From: Escherichia phage Carena
Reading direction: 5' to 3' (one strand)
Length of the DNA: 39,283 nucleotides
Sequence record: OR769031.1
The position numbers were made by a program, and so were the translations under genes. Shown piece by piece: positions 35,701 to 39,283 of this stretch. The notes beneath the pieces were generated by a model that was not told where the DNA came from, made no database searches, and was given only the letters and a program-made list of their open reading frames with translations. Positions within the stretch are counted from its first letter, which is position 1. Every line of letters begins with the position of its first letter.

Positions 35701-37164
35701 GATAAGAAGTCTGAAGGCAAAGGCACAATGAAAGGTGAAGTGGAAGCACTCAAGGATACCGTTAAGATTCTCACAGGCCGTGCTCGACGCAATCAGGATA
35801 CTATGGGTGACACTATGGTTCGCGCTCTGTCCGATATGTCCTTCTTCACGAAGAACGCATACATGGGCTTGCAGAACCTAACTGAAATCTCTGGTATGTT
35901 GGCTAAGGGTAACGTTCGTGCGATGCTGCATGGTATTCCGGCACTGCGTGACTTAGCATTCCGCAACAAGCCAGTCTCCGGTAGTGAACTCAAAGAACTC
36001 CACTCCATGGTGTTTGGTAAAGAGTTCGACCAGTTAATCCGACCGACTCGTCAAGACATCATTCAGCGACTCCGTGAGTCCACTGATACACCTGATGTTG
36101 CAGCTAAGGTTGTTGGTACGGTTAAGCACACCACTCAAGAGTTGGCTGCTCGCTCTCCGTTCACTAAGTTCCTCAATGGTACTTCCAACTACATTCTGGA
36201 CATGGCCCGTCAAGGTGTCATGGGAGATGTGGTAACTCATGCCATTACTGGTAAGGGTGCCAACAAGTGGATTAAAGGCGACATGCTGAAATCTGCGAGT
36301 ATCTCTAAGGAACAGTGGGAAGGCATTCAGAACCTCATCCGTGAGAACGTCACTCAAGGTGCTGACGGCAAGTACACCTTCAAGGACAAGCGTAAGTTGG
36401 CTAATGACCCGCGAGCTATGGACCTGTGGCGACTGGCTGATAAGGTAGCTGATGAAACCATGCTGAGACCACACAAGGTGTCCTTACAGGATTCCCATGC
36501 GTTTGGCGCTGCTGCTAAGTTGGTCCTTCAGTTCAAGTCTTTCGTAATCAAGTCGATGAACTCTAAGTTTATCCGCTCCGGTAACGAAGCCTTTAAGAAC
36601 CATAGGGCTATGGATATGGCGCTAACCTACGCAATCTCTGGTGGAATTGCTGGTTCCTACTACGTGGCACAGGCCCACTTGAAGGCTGCTGGTCTACCTA
36701 AAGAGCAACAGAAGGACTACTTGAAGAAAGCTCTCGACCCTAAGATGATTGCCTACGCTGCGGCCTCCAGAAGTTCACACTTAGGGTCTCCGTTGAGTAT
36801 CGCTAACTTCGTTATGGGTGCTGCGGGTTATGACCAAGGTCTTATGGTTCGCTCTACGATTCTACCGAAAGGTGATGACAAGCGTGAGCGCAATAAGGCA
36901 GCGACTTCTCGTGACATGGGTGATTCAATTATGGGCGCTATTGGTGAACAGATTCCCGCTCTTGGCTTCGCTGGTGCTACTCTTGCTGCTGGTCGAAATG
37001 CTTATGGTGTCCTTACGGCTCCCAATAAAGTGACCGAGCGTGAGATGATGACTGGTCTGATGAATGCTCATCGTGAGATGGTTCCGAACGACCCAATCAC
37101 TCAACAGATGCTCATTAAGTTCTATGAGGCTAACGGTGTTCACCTTAAGTCTGACAAGAAGTAA
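32713..37164 (+). CDS. 16: Internal virion protein D with N-terminal lytic transglycosylase domain (gp16), 1483 aa, GTG start
   Basis: GTG start 6 nt after AGGAGG; N-terminus MDKY...GVSYGLLRKVGWVESRFNP.A.SKTGPRGVMQFTKATG (SLT motif, catalytic Glu) as in T7 gp16; about 165 aa longer than T7 gp16 because of an internal coiled-coil insertion. Confidence 0.95.
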   Translation: MDKYNPNEPHEYDALFQQAADTHGVSYGLLRKVGWVESRFNPKAQSKTGPRGVMQFTKATGQAYGLLSDEDFNDPAKSIDAGARYLADLVKKYNGDELKAALAYNQGEGHNGKPQLEAYDSGNFAGIGDEGRNYIRSLLDVAKSPKSGDIESFGGITPKGKGIPFDAAMSGIGKKGKVTTELPESHSMSFQGKEQAAPNQPFGKDYWEAKGTTLDEANERSTFFGFGNAAEAELSNSTLGVAFRAGKRDNGFDVVTDVLQPTRFNSHIWSPEELEKIRNEVKNPAYMNVVLGGSSENLDELIKLANENYELDAKAADAGLGAKLSAGIIGAGVDPLTYVPIAGTAAKGFKLVNKALIVGAQAGALSVASEGLRTSVAGGDAHYAEAALAGMLFAGGLTAIADGVAAGLRKSGAEQIENPFAAAQMRFEARETARNTGGHDASRMPPSEDRVFSQHNGVEYSPLETEPGAVVLRDGSIISDTNLANPMTAKEFAEVDPERAAWGLPMRGLSEIGLRTLRSEHAEIRGLAKDLVRSPTGMESGSHGKFGATASDIKERLHSTNQRTYNDLYAAMKEAMADPEWSVGMFKRSAQGARQEIYRRAAIAIERPELQANLTKAERKVMDIMKEHFDLKREMMENPAMFGNKATSIFPNSRHKGTYVPHVYSREAKQLYAQALGGTDGLQEAIAASWMTSYRSRPEVKARVDEMLLEQLRASQPSGKTAGTTPNKHSSVDTASYQMKLDDAATQASDKVAELKDVLTNAEKRVADRERKLQNSKDRLASHEAKLKELEEKLAAKPNSKTIPVKIESRKKMIETQKSHVRVNTDRLDYMKGQVTKVQDRITKATSEAEEAASAVKGAQAAPAKPSERRKFDTDEKVEPNVDEEAVLSQMAEKYAMDKAYGIAKTDEFNSSSVIDDNIEGLVGIENNSFLEARNLFDSDMPITLPNGQQFSVNDLRDFDMKHVMPAYDRRIDGDIAIMGGTGKTTAELKDSIMALDKKSEGKGTMKGEVEALKDTVKILTGRARRNQDTMGDTMVRALSDMSFFTKNAYMGLQNLTEISGMLAKGNVRAMLHGIPALRDLAFRNKPVSGSELKELHSMVFGKEFDQLIRPTRQDIIQRLRESTDTPDVAAKVVGTVKHTTQELAARSPFTKFLNGTSNYILDMARQGVMGDVVTHAITGKGANKWIKGDMLKSASISKEQWEGIQNLIRENVTQGADGKYTFKDKRKLANDPRAMDLWRLADKVADETMLRPHKVSLQDSHAFGAAAKLVLQFKSFVIKSMNSKFIRSGNEAFKNHRAMDMALTYAISGGIAGSYYVAQAHLKAAGLPKEQQKDYLKKALDPKMIAYAAASRSSHLGSPLSIANFVMGAAGYDQGLMVRSTILPKGDDKRERNKAATSRDMGDSIMGAIGEQIPALGFAGATLAAGRNAYGVLTAPNKVTEREMMTGLMNAHREMVPNDPITQQMLIKFYEANGVHLKSDKK

Positions 37165-37165
37165 T

Positions 37166-37188
37166 CAATACGACTCACTAATGGGAAG
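37166..37188 (+). promoter_or_regulatory. Phage RNAP promoter (phi17-like)
   Basis: CAATACGACTCACTAATGGGAAG followed by a GGGAAG...CTTCCC stem-loop. Confidence 0.85.
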
Positions 37189-37235
37189 GCTAACACAGCT
37201 TCCCTCTATCCAACACATTCGAAAGGAGGCTACAG

Positions 37236-39236
37236 ATGGCTAACAAGATTCGTACTGTGATGACTTACCCGCTGAATGGTGCCGTGAACTTCACGATTAC
37301 CTTTGATTATCTGGCTCGTAAGTTCGTCCAAGTGACACTTATTGGTAAAGACCGTAAAGAACTGGTTCTCAATCAGGACTACCGTTTTACCAGTAAGACT
37401 CAAATTACAACTACCCGTGCGTGGACTGCCGCTGATGGCTACCAGATGATTGAGATTCGTCGATTCACTTCGGCTACCGACCGTCTGGTTGATTTTGCTG
37501 ATGGCTCAATCCTCCGTGCATATGACCTGAACATCTCGCAGATTCAAACCCTGCACGTTGCCGAAGAAGCACGAGACCTCACTGCGGATACCATTGGTGT
37601 CAACAATGATGGTCACTTAGATGCTCGTGGTCGTAAGATTGTAAACTTGGCGTATGCCACAAATGACTATGATGCTGTTCCTTTAAAGCAGGTTAAAGAG
37701 CGTGAATCCTCTGCATGGAATGCTGTAACAAAGGCTAACGAACATGCCGACCGCTCCAATAAGGAAGCAAACCGTTCTCGTGATGAGGCCAACCGTGCTC
37801 AACGTGAAGCTGACCGCTCAACTCAACAGGCAGGTGTCTCTACGCAACAAGCAGTTGAGTCCAAGAAGCAAGCTGATCGTTCCAACTCTGAGGCTAACCG
37901 AGCTAAAGGATATGCTGATAGTATGACCGCAAGTGTCGCTGAGGCTAAGAAGCAAGCTGACCGTTCCAACTCTGAGGCCAATCGTGCCCGTGATGAGGCC
38001 AATCGTGCTGCCGGAGAAGTGACTAAAGCTGCTGCTGAGGTTGCCAAGGCTGCTGCACACGTTGAGACCGCTAAGGGACATGCAGACCGTGCGAACACTG
38101 AGGCTAATCGCTCCAAAGGTGAGGCTGACCGTGCTAAGTCTGAGGCCGACAAGTTAGGCAGCATGAATGCACTTGCAGGGGCTATTGAAAGTGTATCAGG
38201 CAGTGATGTACGCTTTAAGGGTAAAGTAAGTGGGCGCAGTCTGACTCTACATAATGATGCTAAAGGCGCTGGGACTCAACCAGTAGACCAAGTGTGGAAC
38301 CAGTGGCGTGGTCAGGACTCTAAGGAGACTGTGTGGGAACAGTGGATTCAAGCTGGGACAAAACGAATGGACTACTATGTGTTCACTAACACCGACCCGG
38401 CAACGTGGCCTGAAGGTCGTTCCAATAGCAAAGGACACCATAACTTCTATGGTGACGTTCTGTTTGCTGGTGGTAACGTCGAGACGCACGGGAACCTTAA
38501 GGTAAACGCAGTTGAGTCTAGACATAACGTGTTCATCTCCGACCAAGCCGCAAGTTTCAAGAGTAACACACATGGTGGTAGCTGGAACCAGTGGACCGGT
38601 AGCTTGAATCCAGACCTACAGCATGATATTGCTGGACAAGGGGACGTTGCATATCTCCTTGAGAGGGCTACAATTTGGGGCAAAGAACACCTGTATGCCA
38701 AGTGCTTATATAACAACGGCACAGGCGCTAACTTCTTTATCAGGCAATATCTGCGAGGCACCTATTTCGATCTACGCTCCGATGGTGTCCTTTCCTGCTC
38801 TTCTGGTTGGAACATCCCACCCGATGGGAACCTGTACATCAAGAAGTACAACTCGTACATTGATGCTTGGGTGAATAAGCGTCTTAGCGAACATGCTTAC
38901 AACAAAAGCGAGACCAACAACTTAGTCAATGGACGCCTAACACAAGGTGCTGCTGATGGTCTATACATCCGTAAGAATGCTGGTTGGTCTGAGGTTTGGA
39001 AAGGCCCTGCTGGTGGTGGTGTTTCAGTTGGTCTCTCACAGGATGTTCGTTGGAGAACCATCTGGATTCAAACTCAAGGCAAATGGAACCCTGTGGAGAT
39101 TGGGGACGATGGGGCTTACTACATTTCGTCGATGGGCGGTTGGTTGACCTTTACAATCTCCAACAACGGGCGTACATTCCGTAACGATGGTGATAGGTCT
39201 TCTGTTCCTACACGCATCCTTGTGCGTAACAACTAA
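37236..39236 (+). CDS. 17: Tail fiber protein (gp17), 666 aa
   Basis: N-terminal ~150 aa conserved with T7 gp17 (ADGY..IE.RR.TS.TDRLVDF.DGSILRAYDLN..QIQT.HVAEEARDLT.DTIGVNNDGHLDARGR.IVNLA); repetitive coiled-coil shaft; divergent distal domain; C-terminus SVP...V.N. like T7. Confidence 0.95.
   Translation: MANKIRTVMTYPLNGAVNFTITFDYLARKFVQVTLIGKDRKELVLNQDYRFTSKTQITTTRAWTAADGYQMIEIRRFTSATDRLVDFADGSILRAYDLNISQIQTLHVAEEARDLTADTIGVNNDGHLDARGRKIVNLAYATNDYDAVPLKQVKERESSAWNAVTKANEHADRSNKEANRSRDEANRAQREADRSTQQAGVSTQQAVESKKQADRSNSEANRAKGYADSMTASVAEAKKQADRSNSEANRARDEANRAAGEVTKAAAEVAKAAAHVETAKGHADRANTEANRSKGEADRAKSEADKLGSMNALAGAIESVSGSDVRFKGKVSGRSLTLHNDAKGAGTQPVDQVWNQWRGQDSKETVWEQWIQAGTKRMDYYVFTNTDPATWPEGRSNSKGHHNFYGDVLFAGGNVETHGNLKVNAVESRHNVFISDQAASFKSNTHGGSWNQWTGSLNPDLQHDIAGQGDVAYLLERATIWGKEHLYAKCLYNNGTGANFFIRQYLRGTYFDLRSDGVLSCSSGWNIPPDGNLYIKKYNSYIDAWVNKRLSEHAYNKSETNNLVNGRLTQGAADGLYIRKNAGWSEVWKGPAGGGVSVGLSQDVRWRTIWIQTQGKWNPVEIGDDGAYYISSMGGWLTFTISNNGRTFRNDGDRSSVPTRILVRNN
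37740..38160 (+). repeat. Coding direct repeats within the tail-fiber shaft (period about 84 bp)
   Basis: AAGAAGCAAGCTGA(T/C)CGTTCCAACTCTGAGGC at 37864 and 37948; CGTGATGAGGCCAA(C/T)CGTGC at 37779 and 37989; encodes repeated ADRSNSEANRA units. Confidence 0.75.
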
Positions 39237-39283
39237 TGGAATACAACGAGGCCACGGATGGTCTCAACAATAAGGAGGACACA

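Noticed and set aside
37740-38160. Possible CRISPR-like array suggested by regular direct repeats
   Set aside because: Repeats are inside the gp17 reading frame, are imperfect, have an 84-bp period with no unique spacers, and encode a repeated peptide; they are coding repeats, not a CRISPR array.
37744-38164. Overlapping ORFs on both strands within the tail-fiber repeat region
   Set aside because: Artefacts of the repetitive, codon-biased coiled-coil coding sequence (Ala/Ser/Leu-rich in alternative frames).

Overview
The window is an essentially complete, circularly permuted genome of a lytic T7-supergroup podophage (Autographiviridae, T7/T3-like). All genes are on the + strand. The window begins exactly at the holin ATG, with that gene's Shine-Dalgarno at the very end of the window, so the sequence wraps. 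Reading from position 1: lysis and packaging genes (holin 17.5, terminase small subunit 18, Rz/Rz1 spanins, an extra 75-aa ORF, terminase large subunit 19, 19.5); then the genome-end region (about 3438-3611) with a palindrome and a (GA)9 tract; four host-type sigma70 early promoters and a gene 0.3 that I recall as the T3 SAM-hydrolase type rather than T7 Ocr; then 0.6, kinase 0.7, RNA polymerase, a 189-aa membrane-anchored ORF in the gene 1.05 slot, 1.1, 1.2, ligase, 1.5-2, SSB, endonuclease I, lysozyme, primase-helicase, 4.3-4.7 region, DNA polymerase, an HNH endonuclease, 5.5, 5.7, exonuclease, 6.5, 6.7, 7.3, portal, scaffold, capsid 10A/10B, tail tube 11/12, internal virion proteins 13-16 and tail fiber 17. 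I found 16 phage-RNAP promoters (consensus TAATACGACTCACTA(T/A)TGGGAGA), 7 RNase III-type processing hairpins, an early terminator candidate and a T-phi-like late terminator. T7 genes 0.4/0.5, 2.8, 3.8 (HNH), 5.9 and 7 are not present. Nothing resembles a CRISPR array, tRNA, integrase or a multi-gene defence island. The most unusual items are the extra ORF between the spanins and terminase, the gene 1.05-slot membrane protein, a coiled-coil insertion of about 165-180 aa in gp16, and a divergent tail-fiber distal domain. All homology statements are from memory of T7/T3 proteins and reading of the sequence; no database search was run.
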